Origin: Lama glama
Lineage: Eukaryota
Direction of reading: 5' to 3'
DNA length: 64,000 nucleotides
Assembly (NCBI GenBank): GCA_028534125.1
Contig: CM052839.1
Span: 14,136,001 to 14,200,000, forward strand
In this document: in pieces, positions 1 to 12,640 of the stretch
How the letters are laid out: the number at the start of each line of letters is the position of its first letter
Position numbering within the stretch: the first letter of the stretch is position 1
Program-made: the position numbers and the translations under genes
Notes under the pieces: generated by a model
The model's database searches: none
What the model was told of the DNA's origin: nothing
What the model saw: the letters and a program-made list of their open reading frames with translations, nothing else

Positions 1-183
1 TTTGACAGGTGGGAGCAGAATGTTCCGCCTGGGCTGTCCCAGCACGGGCCCAGGCTTTCTGAGAGCAGCTTCCTTGCTCCCAGCAGAGGGAGCTCCTGCT
101 GCCAGGGCTAAGCTGAGCCAGAACCTTGCCGGGGCAGGCTTGGTGGGCATCACCGTGGACTTGGGGGGACGCCGGGGCCTCAC

Positions 184-300
184 CCAGCCAGACCAGGCGA
201 GTGAGCTTCTCCAGGCCCTCGATCTTCTCGATGGTGTTGTTGTCCAGCTGCAGCTTCCGCAAGTTCTCAAACTGCCAGAGGTTGTCTATGCGTAGGATGT
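184..300 (-). CDS. DRC3: DRC3/LRRC48 second coding exon (LRR region: (N)ILRIDNLWQFENLRKLQLDNNTIEKIEGLEKLTRLVWL); gene continues beyond the left edge
   Basis: Minus-strand translation matches the recalled DRC3 leucine-rich repeats. Acceptor gttgtttcag|AC at 301/300, donor G|gtgagg at 184/183; 117 nt, phase 1-1, in frame with the upstream exon. Confidence 0.95.
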
Positions 301-1329
301 CTGAAACAACAGGGCACACGCTGTGCTGCTTCCGGTCAGGGTCAGGGTCAGGATTTCAGCACCAGCGTCTGGGGGCTGGATGACCAATGCTAACCATGTG
401 ACAGGCTCCAGAGCTCCGCCACGTCCCCGAAGTGTGCGGGGGCCCTGGATGTGTGGGCCAGCACTGCGGAGCTCCGAGTCCCCGTCGGTGCTGCGGTCCC
501 GGTGGCTCATGGGCACACCACAGGGTGCAAGGGGCTGGCCATCTGGTCAGGGATTCACTCAGCTGCCCTTGGAACGCCTGGGCTCAGGACACAGGGCACA
601 GGAAGGGCCCCTCCTTCCTTCCACAGGGTGACAAATAGAATCAAGGCCTCAGGGCGGCCAGACAGCTAGTTGAGCAGTTTGGAGGGTGCTTGGCCTCGTG
701 GACAGAAATACTGTGTCCTTTGACCCTGAAGTTTCTCTACGTGGATTCTGTTTGCAAAGACCTGCAGTGTATATACCCAAAGGAACACCTGCAGGCACAC
801 GAGGGACAGAAAGATGGGGCCCAGGTGTCTGCGCATGGGGAGGGGACAGATTGCTTACACGGCAGAGGCAGCTTCCCAGTGTCACCGAGTGCCTGAGCCC
901 GCGGCCGCTGAGCCAGGCAGGCAGGCCTGAGCGTGTCCAGTTTTCCTAGAAGCCCCAGAGCTCTGCTGTTCACCTGTCCCTTTTTTCTATATTTGCTTTT
1001 GTAATGATATCCAAAACTTATAAAATGAGACTATGCTCATTAAAAGAACTGAAATAATATAAAAGTGAAAGGGGTTAAAAAAATTGCTTTTAACAAGCAC
1101 ACACTAGGGCGGCGGTTTCAACATTCACTCGGGGGGCCGCTGCCCTCCCCAGGCCGGTGGACAGCGGCTCCCTGACCCAGGGCCCGGTCGCGGGGCCGGG
1201 TGAGATGGCATCTGTCCCCAGCTCGCTGAGCCGGGTTTCCTGGAGTGACACCAGCCACCCCCAACCCCCATGCTTCAGAGGCCTGGCTGGCTGTTCCCTC
1301 TGCCTGGACCGCCTTCCCCGGATCCCCAC

Positions 1330-1612
1330 GTGGCTCCTGTCCTCACCTCCTCCTAGTTTTTGCTCAACTGTCACCTTCTTGGTGGGGCCTCTGACCCCCC
1401 AACAAAACACCACACCCAACTCCCCTTTTCTCCTCTCCTTGCTTATTTTTCTCCAGGGCACACGGGACCTCTCGGACACACTGTATTTTCCTTCTTTATT
1501 TTCTGTGTCCCCCTCCCTAGACGGCGAGCGGCACGAGGACAGGTTGTCTTGTTCACAGCTGACTCCCTGGTGCTCAGAACAGCACCTGGCATCACAGTGT
1601 CTGAGAAACAGC
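1330..1612 (+). mobile_element. Decayed L2 LINE 3' fragment
   Basis: Ends in ...gtcttgttcacagctgactccctggtgctcagaacagcacctggcatcacagt, resembling the L2 3' terminus. Boundaries approximate. Confidence 0.55.
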
Positions 1613-2336
1613 GCCTGAGCGGCAGGTGGGGCCAGGGAAGCCGGGAGGGCCCGGACACCCACTCTGTGCCCCTTAGCCCTCTCACGCCGAGGGGGCTGAG
1701 GCACAGGGCCCTCCCCGCTCTGCAACTCCGGACCTGCCCTGGGCACCGCCGAGTCCCCAGCTCTGACTTAGGACGTCCTTGCTGTCAACTGGATGACCCG
1801 GCAGGCTGACATGGAGGCCCGGGATAGAGCAGGGACAGGACCTCTGCCCACCTCTCCCGCTTCCTCCTGCGCCCCCTCCTTGAGCAAGCCAGGCCTCTGT
1901 TACCTTGTCTCGTCCACCCACCCAGCACCCAGGATGGGGCTGCAGCCACCCCGTCTCACAGAGGGACAGGCCCCTGCCCCTGCTGTTTCCAACCCCTTCT
2001 CTGAAGCTGCTCCCCAGCATGTCCTCGCCCCGCACCCTGACCCGTGGGACCACCCTCCTAGGTTCCCCTGCCGGGGACCCTGCTCCCAGGAGCCAGGGTG
2101 GAGATGTGGTGGAGACAGCGTGGCCTTCGGAGTTCTCCTAGAGTTGGAGGGAGAATTTGCCCCTTTCTTGTTGTTACTTGGAGGTGGGGGTGCTGTGGGT
2201 GTTCACGTGCTACCAACACTCAGTATCTTGTTTTCAAGCCGTCCGTGCTGGCCCTACACCTTCTAACCCAGGCAGGGCTGAAGGCCACCCCGGACCACCC
2301 ACCCCACCTGGCACCTGCCCCGCCCGGAATACACAC

Positions 2337-2493
2337 TCTGGAAGTCCAGCTGCAGCGACAGGACGTCTTTGAACAGGATGCCCTCCTGCTTGGCCAGCTG
2401 CCCGGCCTCGTCCCGTGGGCCCTGCTCCCCCACGGCCAGCTTCAGCATGTCGTCGTCCATCACCCTGGGTTCCATGTCACACAGCTGGTGCAT
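2337..2493 (-). CDS. DRC3: DRC3/LRRC48 first coding exon (MHQLCDMEPRVMDDDMLKLAVGEQGPRDEAGQLAKQEGILFKDVLSLQLDFQ), nexin-dynein regulatory complex subunit 3
   Basis: ORF 2263..2493(-) matches the recalled DRC3 N-terminus. ATG at 2493-2491, donor CAGA|gtgtgt at 2337/2336; 157 nt joins the next exon as A+AC (Asn). Candidate acceptor ttttccag| just upstream at 2499/2498. Confidence 0.95.
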
Positions 2494-5044
2494 CCTCCCT
2501 GGAAAACACCACGTCTGTCCCTAGGCCGTGTCTCCTGCCTCCTTTGCAGGACGGGTCTCCTGGGGTCTTTGCACACCATCGTGGGGCGGCATGGCGGCCA
2601 CAGACACTCTGAAGGCGGCACCCCAACCCTCGGCTGCGTACTGGGGCTGCTCCAGGGCCCCAGCAGTGTCCCGCCTGGTGCCGACCCACAAGAGAGCATC
2701 CCTTGGCTCCATAACACAGCTGTGCCCCTGGCCCTGGCGTACACACCCATCTCCTCAGCCTCCAGAGTTCAGCTGTCCTCATGGCCGTGCCCATCTCGGC
2801 CTCTGAATTTCCGCGCCTCCCTCTCCCTTGGAGGTTTCTTGACAACAACCCCTAACAACGATCCTTGGCGGCTCCAGCCGGGCCAACCAGCCATGGCGCC
2901 CCCTCCCTGAGCACATCACTGCCTGCAGGCAGCCATGTCTGTGAGCAGCTGTGGTGGGGGACGCTGGTGGACGCTGACTGGAGCTGGTCCTTCCTGGGGC
3001 CGCAGGATGAAGGTGCCCTCAGAACCGCTGCTTGAGCCAGGGGCAGGCCAGGCATGTGGTCAAGTGAGAGTGAGGGGGGTCAAGGCGGACAGACAGACAG
3101 AAGCAGATATGGGAATACACATCCAGGAAAAGAGATGAAGGATGGACAGACTGACACAGGTCCCAAATCTCAGGCCCCCGGGACTGTCCTGACTTCGCAC
3201 ATTCAGCCCTCTCTTCCTTAAACTCACTCCACTAGGCGCCTGTTGCCAAGGGATTTGGCTGAGACACTGAGGCAAAGGGGGTGTGTGGAGTGGGTCAGTT
3301 GTGGGCACAAGAGTCCCAGTCCTGGGGACCCTGGGCACCCTGACCTGGTTCCATCTTTACCAGCCCCATTAGCGAGAGCACCCGGAAGGGCTGGACCCTG
3401 CAGGAGGGTGTGATTTACTGGAAATGCCCCGACTCTGCCTCCCAGACCCTCTACAGACTCAGCCCTTCCTCTGCTGCCCAGCCTGTCCCCACCTCCCTGT
3501 GGGTTCACCGACTGCCTTTGTACCCCCTGTGTCCCCAGCAGCCAGGCCTCTCTGTCCTGCTGGTCCCTGAGGCTAGGCAGCCCCTGAGTTCTGTGTCTTA
3601 TCCCACTGAGTGCTGCTGGAGAGACTCCTGGCATTGGGCTGATGGCGTCCACTGCAAACTGGGTGGGCCTGGCAGCCCTGCCACCTGGTCTCACTGCCCC
3701 ACTGCCCTCCCCCACCCCCACCCCTTGCAATGCAGCTTATGCAAATGTGAGTATTCTGTTTCCAGAATGTCCCTGATCAACTGTGCCAGTGTCTCTAACT
3801 GTGGCGTGTCCTTTCCTCCTGCCCCAGAGGAGGCACAGCCTCCCCTTCCCCCTCCTCCTCCGGCGCCTTCTATCCCGTTCTCTCCAGTCTCTCCACACCA
3901 GCTCCATCTCCTTAAGGTGATCAATGCAACTCCCAAAGATGCTTCCAGTCCTCCGCCTACCTCTCTCCATCTCCCCACTCTCTTGAAACAATCTTTTCCT
4001 AAGATTTCCCATAACTTGGCAACAATTTGTCTTTGGGGAAATTGCTATGTGCTGTATTTGGCAGATGTTGCCTGAAAGTGTTTGTCGTTTTTTTAAAGAA
4101 AAGTGCTGTGCTTTGGGAAATGGTTCTTAATTCTTATTTCAAAGCTTTGGCTGACTTCTTGCCAGTCCCAGTCCGCCAAGGCCTGGCCCCTATGACAGGT
4201 CAAGCTTGCTTTCAGTGGGGCCCAACAGTCATGTGGAAGAGCCGTTACGCGCACTCTTGGTTAAGCACACTTGGGCAGGGGCGTGGATTCTGACCACGCA
4301 TCCGTTGGCAACTAACCTCACCTCTTAGTTCACTGGGGAAGCCTTTGATTTCCCATCTGTGAAAGATGGACAGTTCCTCACCCCTGCATTTGCTTAAGAT
4401 CTTTTATTTAACTCCCGTATGTGTAATGAGGGGTCACTACAGGCTGGGAATAAAACAGATCTTCTCTCTGTTTCAGACCTGAATCAATCACACACATCTT
4501 TAATTATGAACCATGACAAGTTTATCATGTGAGGAACTGTGACAGTGCACGTTAGGGACCCGGCTGAGACCTGGAGGATGAGCCAGAGAGAAGGAAGAGG
4601 GTTTGCACACTGAGGGCCCTAGGGACACAGGAGGAGTCGGGTTGCACTGTGGTTGAAGCAATGCGAGGCTGGAGAGGCCTACAGGACTGTTGTTATCCTA
4701 TGACCCCCGGGAAGCTCCTGGGGCTTAACAAGGGCAGGGACGTAATCAGACTTCAACATTGAGACGCTCACTCTGCTGTTGTTCTGAGAAGAGGTGCGAG
4801 GGTGGTGGATCTGAGAGACCTTGGACTCAATTTACACCAAGGACCAACCGCCTGCAGTTTTCCAATAAGAAAACAGAAGCTACTCGGAAAGGTCAACTAG
4901 CCCAAGGTGACGCATAGAGTCTACCGCAGAAGCAGGACTCGACCCTGCCCAGGCACTGTGGACCATCATTGTTCTTCAAGGCTGTTCAGGGTCGGGGCGA
5001 GGCCTGAACACTCCTCCCCTAAGGGGACTTTATCAATAGTTTAC

Positions 5045-5190
5045 CACCCAGCTGGGGTTCCTGTTGACTTGCCTGACAAGAATGTTCCTGCAGAAGGCGG
5101 GAAAGCAGCTGGGAGTCAACGGAGCAGTCTCCTCACGGAGAACCAGATCCAGAATTGCCCTGTGAAACAAGAATTTAGGATCAACTGGAC
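5045..5190 (-). other. DRC3: Candidate DRC3 5'-UTR exon
   Basis: Minus-strand acceptor ctgtatttttcag|G at 5191/5190 and donor GTG|gtaaac at 5045/5044, lying between the promoter and first coding exon. No transcript evidence. Confidence 0.35.
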
Positions 5191-5500
5191 CTGAAAAATA
5201 CAGCCCCTACTGGCCCAGAATTAATAAGAGAAAACCAACCATTGACCGAGTGCTCACTGCGTGCTGGTGCACACGCATTATTGAATTACAGGTCCGCTCT
5301 GGAGAAGGGAGCCCTGCTGCCCTAACTTCCCAGACAGGGAAACTGAGCCCCGGAAGGGAGCTGCCGACAAGAGGCGGACATGGACTCGGTGTCCACGCTC
5401 CAAGCCAAAACCCTTCACATGGCAACAAGTTAACGACAGCTGAGAGGTCAGACGGAGGGTCAGTGATGCCCTCTTGAAGAGGTATCGGTGGGCCGGGTAC

Positions 5501-5790
5501 CTCTCCTTGTCCGGAGGCGGGGATGGGCTTTCAGAGGTCTCCTGGGGGTCTGCGCCCGGAGTAAAAGCGTCCCCACCTCCTCTCCCCGCGAGGCCCGAAA
5601 GCCGGCACCCGCGTGTGTCCAGGAGGTGGCTGCCAGGGGGCCCGGACGTCCTCCTCCAGGTGGGACAGGCCGGCGGGCTCCTCCGGAAAAAGGTCAAGAG
5701 CGCCGCCCTCGCTGGTCCTCCTGCAACCTCTGGGCCCCAGGCTCTCAGCGTCTCCAGCACCGTCGGCCGCGGGCTGCTAGCGCTCCGCCC
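5501..5790 (-). other. DRC3: Candidate DRC3 first (non-coding) exon
   Basis: CpG-rich stretch directly downstream (minus sense) of the X-boxes, ending at a possible donor GAG|gtaccc at 5501/5500. The start coordinate is a guess. Confidence 0.35.
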
Positions 5791-5791
5791 G

Positions 5792-5835
5792 GTTGCTAGG
5801 GGAACCTAGAGCCGCATTCCGTTGCTAAGGGGAAG
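5792..5835. promoter_or_regulatory. Tandem RFX X-box-like motifs
   Basis: GTTGCTAGGGGAAC (5792-5805) and GTTGCTAAGGGGAAG (5821-5835) resemble the X-box GTTNCCATGGNAAC typical of ciliary gene promoters. Confidence 0.75.
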
Positions 5836-5940
5836 TCAGCTGGTAGACATCCTGGGTGAAAGTTGACGGCCACGTGATCACATTTCTGGGCGGGGAAATC
5901 CTCCCAGCACCAACCAGCGGAAGAGAAAACAAATGTTTGT

Positions 5941-6233
5941 CCAATCAGCACTTTGTATGGGTAGGCATCTCACTAGCCCCTCCCCCTCCTTGCCACTACT
6001 TGAGTGACTGACTCGTCCCTTGTCCAGTGATAGTAAGGACTCGCTCGAGCGACCAATACGTCGATGAATCAAAATACAGAGACTCTCGTCCGAAGGCGGG
6101 CCAGGGGAAGTGATAGAGATTTCTGTGGCCTAGCTCTCAGCCCCGCCCAATCGGACGCTGCGGGGTGGGTTGGGGCCTCACTAAGGGAGGTGTGGGGGCC
6201 AATCGGAAGAGGGCAGAGCAGGCGTGGCCCAAT
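5941..6233 (+). promoter_or_regulatory. Cluster of five CCAAT (NF-Y) boxes
   Basis: CCAAT at 5941, 6053, 6147, 6199 and 6229, all in the same orientation upstream of TOM1L2 exon 1. An E-box CACGTG lies at 5871-5876. Confidence 0.7.
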
Positions 6234-6383
6234 AAGAACGCGGCGGGGGCGGGTCCAGGTGGCCGGATCTGGCGTTCCCGAGGGTGGGGCGGGGGTAAGT
6301 GTCAGTCAGGCGGGGAGCGCGGCGAGGGACGCAGAGAGCCGGCGGCTGACGGGCGCGGGCCGCTGCCTAGCCGTCCGCCCGTG

Positions 6384-6435
6384 ATGGAGTTCCTCCTGGG
6401 GAACCCGTTCAGCACCCCGGTGGGGCAGTGCCTCG
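6384..6435 (+). CDS. TOM1L2: TOM1L2 exon 1 coding part (MEFLLGNPFSTPVGQCL), VHS domain start
   Basis: gtgATGG start context, characteristic TOM1-family N-terminus, donor G|gtaagg; 52 nt. Confidence 0.97.
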
Positions 6436-7377
6436 GTAAGGCCGCGCGGGCGGCGGGGCGGGCGCCTGGGCCCCTCACGGCGGCGCCCCGAGACCCAGCG
6501 ATGCTCCGCGCTCTCTACGCAGCGGGGCCCAGCCCTTCAGCCCCGCCGGGCCGCGCCGGCTCTCCTTCCGTCCTCCCTCCGCGGGGCCGATCGCCTCGGG
6601 CCCCGGCCGAGCTCCCTGCCCCGGGCCTGCCCGTCGGAGCCCCCTCGGCTGGGAGCGGGAGGCCGGCGGGCTCCTGGGGGAACGGTCGGGGACCCGCCTG
6701 CACCGTCCCCGGGAGGAGGGCGGCCGTGCCCGTCCCGACGAGAGCCCCGGCCCGGAGCCCGGAAGCCGGACGTCAGCGGGGCCTTGCCGCCGACTCTCCC
6801 TGTGACCTTGTGCGAGTCACTGCCCTGCCGGCGCTGAAGTTTCCCGTCGTCCGAGGCGGGGTTCTGACGTTCCTTGGACTGGCTCCCCTCTCTCTTAAAC
6901 CGGCCAGAGCTGACGTCTTTTGGTGGCCGACAGAGGGATGCTCCGCGTCCCGGGTCCGGGGAGGCCGAGATGCAGGTGCAGAAACACCAGAGGGGCCGCC
7001 CTGTGGAGTTTCCTTGCTGAAAAAGCAACTTGCCTTTTCACGCAAGGCAGGAGCTCATGCCAGGTGTCATCTATCAGGAAGGTCGATTGTTTCTTTTTAA
7101 AACTGGGTTCTTCCTGGGCTGTGGAAGGACTGGTAACACGTCTTATGAGCAGGGACCTTTGGTGTCCTTATGGGCCTGGCTGGATTGGGCAGGAGTGATT
7201 TATTTATTTCTGGCTTTGCTTATAAATGTACGGCTTGCTTTTTAGCCTTTAGTGGGGCCTGTGAAGTTATCGAGGCCTCTCCGATTGGCTCACTGGCATT
7301 TGGGAGCCTTTCTTTTCTTTATGTAGGGTCTCTGATAAGGGGTGATGTACACTGGGCCCTGGAAGAGTCTTTTGAGC

Positions 7378-7467
7378 GGGGAGGGTGTAGCTCAATGGTA
7401 GAGTGCATGCTTAGCATCCTCAAGGTCCTGGGTTCAATCCCCAGTCCCTCCATTTAAAAAAAAAAAA
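7378..7467 (+). mobile_element. tRNA-derived camelid SINE (vic-1-like)
   Basis: GGGGAGGGTGTAGCTCAATGGTAGAG (A box) ... GGTTCAATCCC (B box), A12 tail. Degenerate TSD AAGAGTCTTTTGAGC / AAGAGGCTTTGCGC. Confidence 0.9.
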
Positions 7468-10400
7468 CGTTGAAAGAGGCTTTGCGCACTTTTGTGACTG
7501 CCCTGTCCCTCGAGATTCCCACCCTCCCTCCTTCTTCCTCAGGTGCTCTATCACTGCATCCATATTCCAGAAACTCATTTCTCAGTTGAGTGTTGAATTC
7601 CAGCCGGCTGTAAGAGGGAGCCGGTAAACTTGGGGGAATTTTTTTTCTTCTCTGTTTCCTTTACAGTAGGAAGCTCTACCCCTTTGAAGTGCTAAGTAGT
7701 TGATGAGGGGTGTAAGTGAAAGGGGAGTTTAAAATATACAAGTATAAGGGGTATACAGGGATAGAGCAAATGGAAAGAGCGTGATTCTCTCAGGAGGACT
7801 GGAGTTGAATGTTCCCTTGCCCGGTTCAACTGTGGGACTCCAGAAAATTGTGCAACCCTCCTGAGCCTTCGTTTGCACAGAGAGCAGGGTGGGCATTGAT
7901 TTGCACTCACAGAGTAGTGTGGGCTTCAGTGAGATGACGGATGTAAACTCTTAGCATTGGGCCTGGAACACAGGCTAAGGATGTTGTCACCGTCACCACT
8001 GTTAACAGAAAGATGAAGGTGGCATGAATCTTGTGTCTGGAGAGGGTACACGGGACAGCGGGCCTTTCTGTGCACAGTGGAGGAAAATGCCCTTCCAGGC
8101 CCCAGCGTCCATCATCCCTTAGAAAAGACACTTGGCCACAAGAGAAGGGAGCCTCCTCACTGCCCGTTGGTCAGCAGGCAAGACCCAGGTATGTTCACAG
8201 TTTAGTTCAGTTGAGACAAATGATTAGAGGACAGAATGAGGTTCTAATGTATCGTCTGTGCTGTTGTGACAAAGTGTGAAAGTGGTTCTCATGACATTCA
8301 GTGTTGTCAGTGTTCTTTTAAAAGTATGTGCCAGGGGTTGGTGGGAGGGAGGGGAACAGAAATTAAACAGTGGAACGAGTGATTAACAGCAGGGGCTGTC
8401 CTCGCATGAAGCGGCCCTGCAGCTCCTTCTGGCTGCTCTGTGAAGTAGCTTTTATCGTCCTTCCCATTTTAGAGATGAGGAGACTGAGGCCCAGAGGAGT
8501 GAAAGGACTGCTCTCTGGTAAGAGGGAGCCAGCATTTCATAGCTGTTGGAATGGATGTTGTCAGGAGGGAGCAGATGCATGGGGACAGGGCTGACCGCAG
8601 AAGGCCACCCGGACCTGGCACTCAGCCGCCTCGTGGGGACTGTCAGTACTGTCAGGGGTCCGTAGACGTCACAGGAGCCGGGGCCTGACTTCTTTGAGTC
8701 TCAGGGCTGTTGGTGAGAGAAGTGGACCTGTGCCTGGGGACAGAAAAGGAGTCAGGGAGGGGTCCCCTGTCTGAGTGGAACAGAGTGGCTGTGGGGAGCA
8801 GGGCAGGAAGGGTTTGGGCCCAGGATGAAGTCCTGTCCTGGTGGCTGGCATTGAAGACACAGTCTTCAGCTGACGGTGACTTTATGTCTTGCTGGACCTC
8901 ATTTTCCTCCACAGCCGCCTGGGGTGTGGACCTAAGTAATTCCGCCCTCCGGCACTCAAGTATTAAAAGCCTTTGGTAGGGAGCCTCCAGGATCAGTAAG
9001 GCCCCCACCGAAGGGCCCTGAGCTGCAGTCCAGGGGTGGGTAGAGCAGCGATCACTCTGCCTCAGGCCTGGGCCTCGGGCGTGTGCTCCTGGTGCTGCGG
9101 GTCAAACTTGGGGTCTGCCTGGTGCCCTGGAAGGTGGTTCCTGAGTGGAGCCCATGGTCAGGGAGGACAAGTGGTAGGTGGTGTGAGGACAGCTTGTTCA
9201 TCGTGAGTCTCTGAAGCAAGTCTCCAAGGGGCTCTGTCTTGAAGGCTGTCACGTGGGGCGTCCCTGAGCCAGCTCAGGACGCGCTGCACGTGCTGACCAC
9301 TCTCCTTGTGTGGCCTGGAGAATGTTTTCAGGTCCTCCTTTTCAGGAGTAAAGTTTAGATTCATTGGGAGGAGATGGTCGGTGAGTAGTTGGCAAATTCT
9401 GACCAGACAATTGAGGGAGGCAGGGGCGACCATCGGTTCTCCTCACGGTTCCGTGCAGGACTGGGAGGTGTTGGACCTACACTGCTTCCTGGGGCCCCCC
9501 TCCCTGCAAAGGCCGTGGGCTTGACTGCCCGGCTTGTTCCAGGAGTAGTTAGTTTAGTCCGGCCCTCCGGTTGCCACGACAACTCACTGGCCCCTTTGCT
9601 TCAGTGTTTATTTAGTCTTCCCAGCCCTGAGAGGGAGGGAGAGCCTGGACAGGAACTTACAACTGGTAAGCACCTGCAGTCTGCAGACTGGGAACCGGCG
9701 CTCGTTTAACCCTCACATCCCTTAATTATCTGAGTGTGATTATTTGTTCTGCCGCTTCTGAGAAAGTTGAGGCTCCAGGAGGGACTCGTGCAAAGGACTC
9801 GTGTCAAGGGACTTGTGCAAAGTCAAAGCCAGAGGTAAGCCAAGAACGCGCCCCTGACCCGGGCTCACCCTGTGCTTCCACGAGCATCCTGTGCAGCAGG
9901 CTCCGCCAGTCAGGGTCGTCGGGACCTGGGGAGCTCATCGGAGCAGAGGTTGGGGTGGGTGGCTGTAGGCTGGGGCGCAGCCCTCTGTGCGGCCGGCCGC
10001 TGGGGCCCGAGGCTGCTGGCGCTGTGGGCCGGAGACCCCACTGTGAGGTCTGTTGCTCTAGATGAAAAGTCTGCTTCATTTTCGTGTTTCTTCAAACACG
10101 AAATGTGGGTTTCTTCTGGACAGACTGTAAGTGTGATTATTTAGAACTCATTCCTTCACGCAGGGGCTCTGTGTTGGCTCTCTGTGTTTCCCGAGTGAAG
10201 CATTTGCCGGGACGTTCGGTCTAGAAAGGGGCTGGAGACAAGGACCTAAATCAGATGAGGGAGAGAGGGTTGGCATGAGAGTGGACAGACGGATGGGGAA
10301 GGAGACCGTGACAGAAGGGCTGGCCTCAGTGGCGGTGGTAACGGGGTTTTGCTCTTTCGGCGCTCAGGGCTGTGTTAGCGCGTGCCCCAGGCTGAGGTGG

Positions 10401-12049
10401 CGCCCTGTGCATCCTGTGGGCCTTTAATTGTCACAGCAGCACCAAGTCGGGTTCTGTCACTGTCTCCCCTCTGCAGACGGGGACCCTGAGGCAGTGAGAG
10501 GGCCACGGCAGCAGGAGTTGGAGCCCAGCGTTCTGGCCGGAGCCTGTGCTGTGAGGCTGTGCCACCCTCAGCCTGGGGCGAGGGCGATGAGGGCAGAGGT
10601 GGACGAGAGTCTTGAGGGCTGTCTGGGCAGAGACAGCAGCTGGAGCAGAGGCTGGGGGTTGGGGTCGGGGTAGGGGGCTGACGCCCAGCCCGGGCAGCTG
10701 TGAGAGGCCGGGCGGACAGGCACCAGGCCTGACCGAGGAGGGCTGCAGGTGTTGGCCCAGGGGTTCGGGCTCTTTCATCGTCCGTACTGGGGAGCCAAGA
10801 AAGAGTCCTGGGGAGGGGAGTGGCACAGGTGTTACAGAGGCAGGGAAACTGCCCCTTGGCAGCCACCAAAAGGCCATTCTTCTCTCTTGCCATCCAAGCC
10901 CCCACCTGTGCAGAATGGGGGTCCTACGGGAGGTCAGCCCCAGGCAGCACCACTCCCCTGAAGCCCTGGGGAGGCTCCCCCTCTGTGAGGCCGGGTCAGA
11001 GGTGAGGAGGTGCTGGGACAGGTTGTAAAATAAATGCATGTCCCCACTGGTCAGCCTGCTCCTCAGAGCCTGGCCGCTGGCTGCGGAGGGTGAGGAGGGG
11101 TGCCACTGCTTGGAGGGGGCTATGGGGCTCCTAAAAATTCCCATAGACCTCTGCTTTTAAAAAACAACGCGTGCTTATGTAGAAAACTTAGCAAATATAC
11201 AAAAATGCGAAGAAGAGGAATCACTGTGACGTGCTTTCTCCCAAGCTCATTGAGATTCTCGGCATTTCACGGAGCCCGGGGAATAAGAGGAACCCACCCC
11301 CACTTTCTCATGCTTGGCGGTGCAGCCTTGTGTGAGCACATTTCTGTGTGACACGCCTGCTTTTGGGGGCGGTGGGTATCAGGTGAGGAAGGGGGTATAA
11401 ATGCAGGCCTGGGGGCAGTAGTTAAGCACATTGCTCTCCACCTAGCAGGTGAATCTCTCAGACGTCTTAGGCTCACCCAGCAGTCTGAAAAGGTATAAAT
11501 AACATGCAGACTTTGTTTAGCTGACCCAGCTTGCTGCGGCTGGAACACAGGCCTTTTAAAACCCAGTCTCAGCTTGGGTGCCTCTCTCGTGTTCCTCCAG
11601 TCTTCCTGAGCTAGAGGACTCTTTGATCTTGTCCGTCCAGTGACCGCACCTGCTGTGTTGTCAGCACTCGCCCCCTCCTCCAGGCAGCCTTCCTAGACCA
11701 CCCTGTTTGCGATGCAGAAGCTCCTCTCCGAGCTCAGTATGTTGTCCAGATCGTGCTTGGCTCCTCCCTCGCCCTCCATCTTGTGTGACGACCAGCAGGA
11801 GGATACTGCAGTCCCCATAGGGTCCTGCGCTCACACCTGCTGTCCCCTTGCCTGCTGTCTCCTGTTGGTGTTGATCTCGTGTCTGGCCTGGCTTGTTGCC
11901 TCATCTTCCTCAGGGCAGACTGTGCCCCTCCTGGCTTCCTGTGACCTTTGGGGCCCGTGCCGGAGTCTGCCCTGCCCGGCTGTTCACTCCAAGGGTTCCT
12001 TTCTGTCAGTCTTATTTTTGAGCATCCACCTCTCGGAGCTGAGAAGGAG

Positions 12050-12640
12050 AACCATGGCGGCCGGGCTGTGTGCCCCCTCATCTCACTCAGGCTGCGCCGT
12101 CGGGGTGTCGTGCGGTCCATCTGTGGACACTGGCATTGCTTCCACCTTTCGGCTGTGGGAATAGCGCTGCTGTAAACTGGAGTGTGCAGATATCCCATGT
12201 TTGTGCTCACGCCCTTGCCTTCAGGCCTTTTTCACATCCCCAGGGGTGCACTGACTGGCTCACAAGCTCACTCCGTTCCTGGTGTTTTGAGGAAGAGCCA
12301 CCACACTGCTGCCCGCAGCGCTGCAGCGTTCTGCGTCCCGCGAGCAGTGCACGGGCCCAGGGCCTCCTCGTCCTTGCCGCACTCATCCTTGGCTTCTCTT
12401 TGGTAGGGGCCGTCCCGTGGGTGTGACGTGCTGTCTCGCCCTCTCACGTGCGTGTTGGCCGTTTGTGTGTCTGTGGAGAAGCGTCCGTTCAAGCCCTTTG
12501 CACACGTTAGAACCAGGTTGCTGTGCTTGGCTGCTGCGCTAGGAGTTCTCTCTGCGTTTGGATGTTAATCCCTCGTTGGGGATGAGGTTTGCAAACACTG
12601 CTCCTCTGGGGGTCGCCTTTGGGCTCTGTTGACCGGGCCC
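12050..12640 (-). mobile_element. Old L1M fragment (ORF2 end / 3' region), GC-shifted
   Basis: ggacactggcattgcttccacctttcggctgtgggaatagcgctgctgtaaac and later blocks follow antisense L1. Boundaries approximate. Confidence 0.7.

Larger units (their letters stand above)
5480..6990. promoter_or_regulatory. CpG island / bidirectional promoter of DRC3 and TOM1L2
   Basis: Dense CpG and GC boxes (GGGGCGGG near 6246 and 6286); divergent genes on both sides; contains the TOM1L2 ATG exon. Confidence 0.9.

Noticed and set aside
2098-2910. 270-aa plus-strand ORF over the DRC3 exon
   Set aside because: Antisense shadow of DRC3 coding sequence extended through GC-rich intron.
3739-3746. Octamer ATGCAAAT
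   Set aside because: A single 8-mer is expected by chance in 64 kb; no supporting context.
6165-7100. 311-aa ORF containing MEFLLGNPF
   Set aside because: Only 52 nt are true CDS; the rest is stop-poor CpG island read through the donor at 6436.
7378-7452. Possible tRNA-Ala gene
   Set aside because: Poly(A) tail, TSD, poor acceptor stem and multiple diverged copies indicate a SINE.
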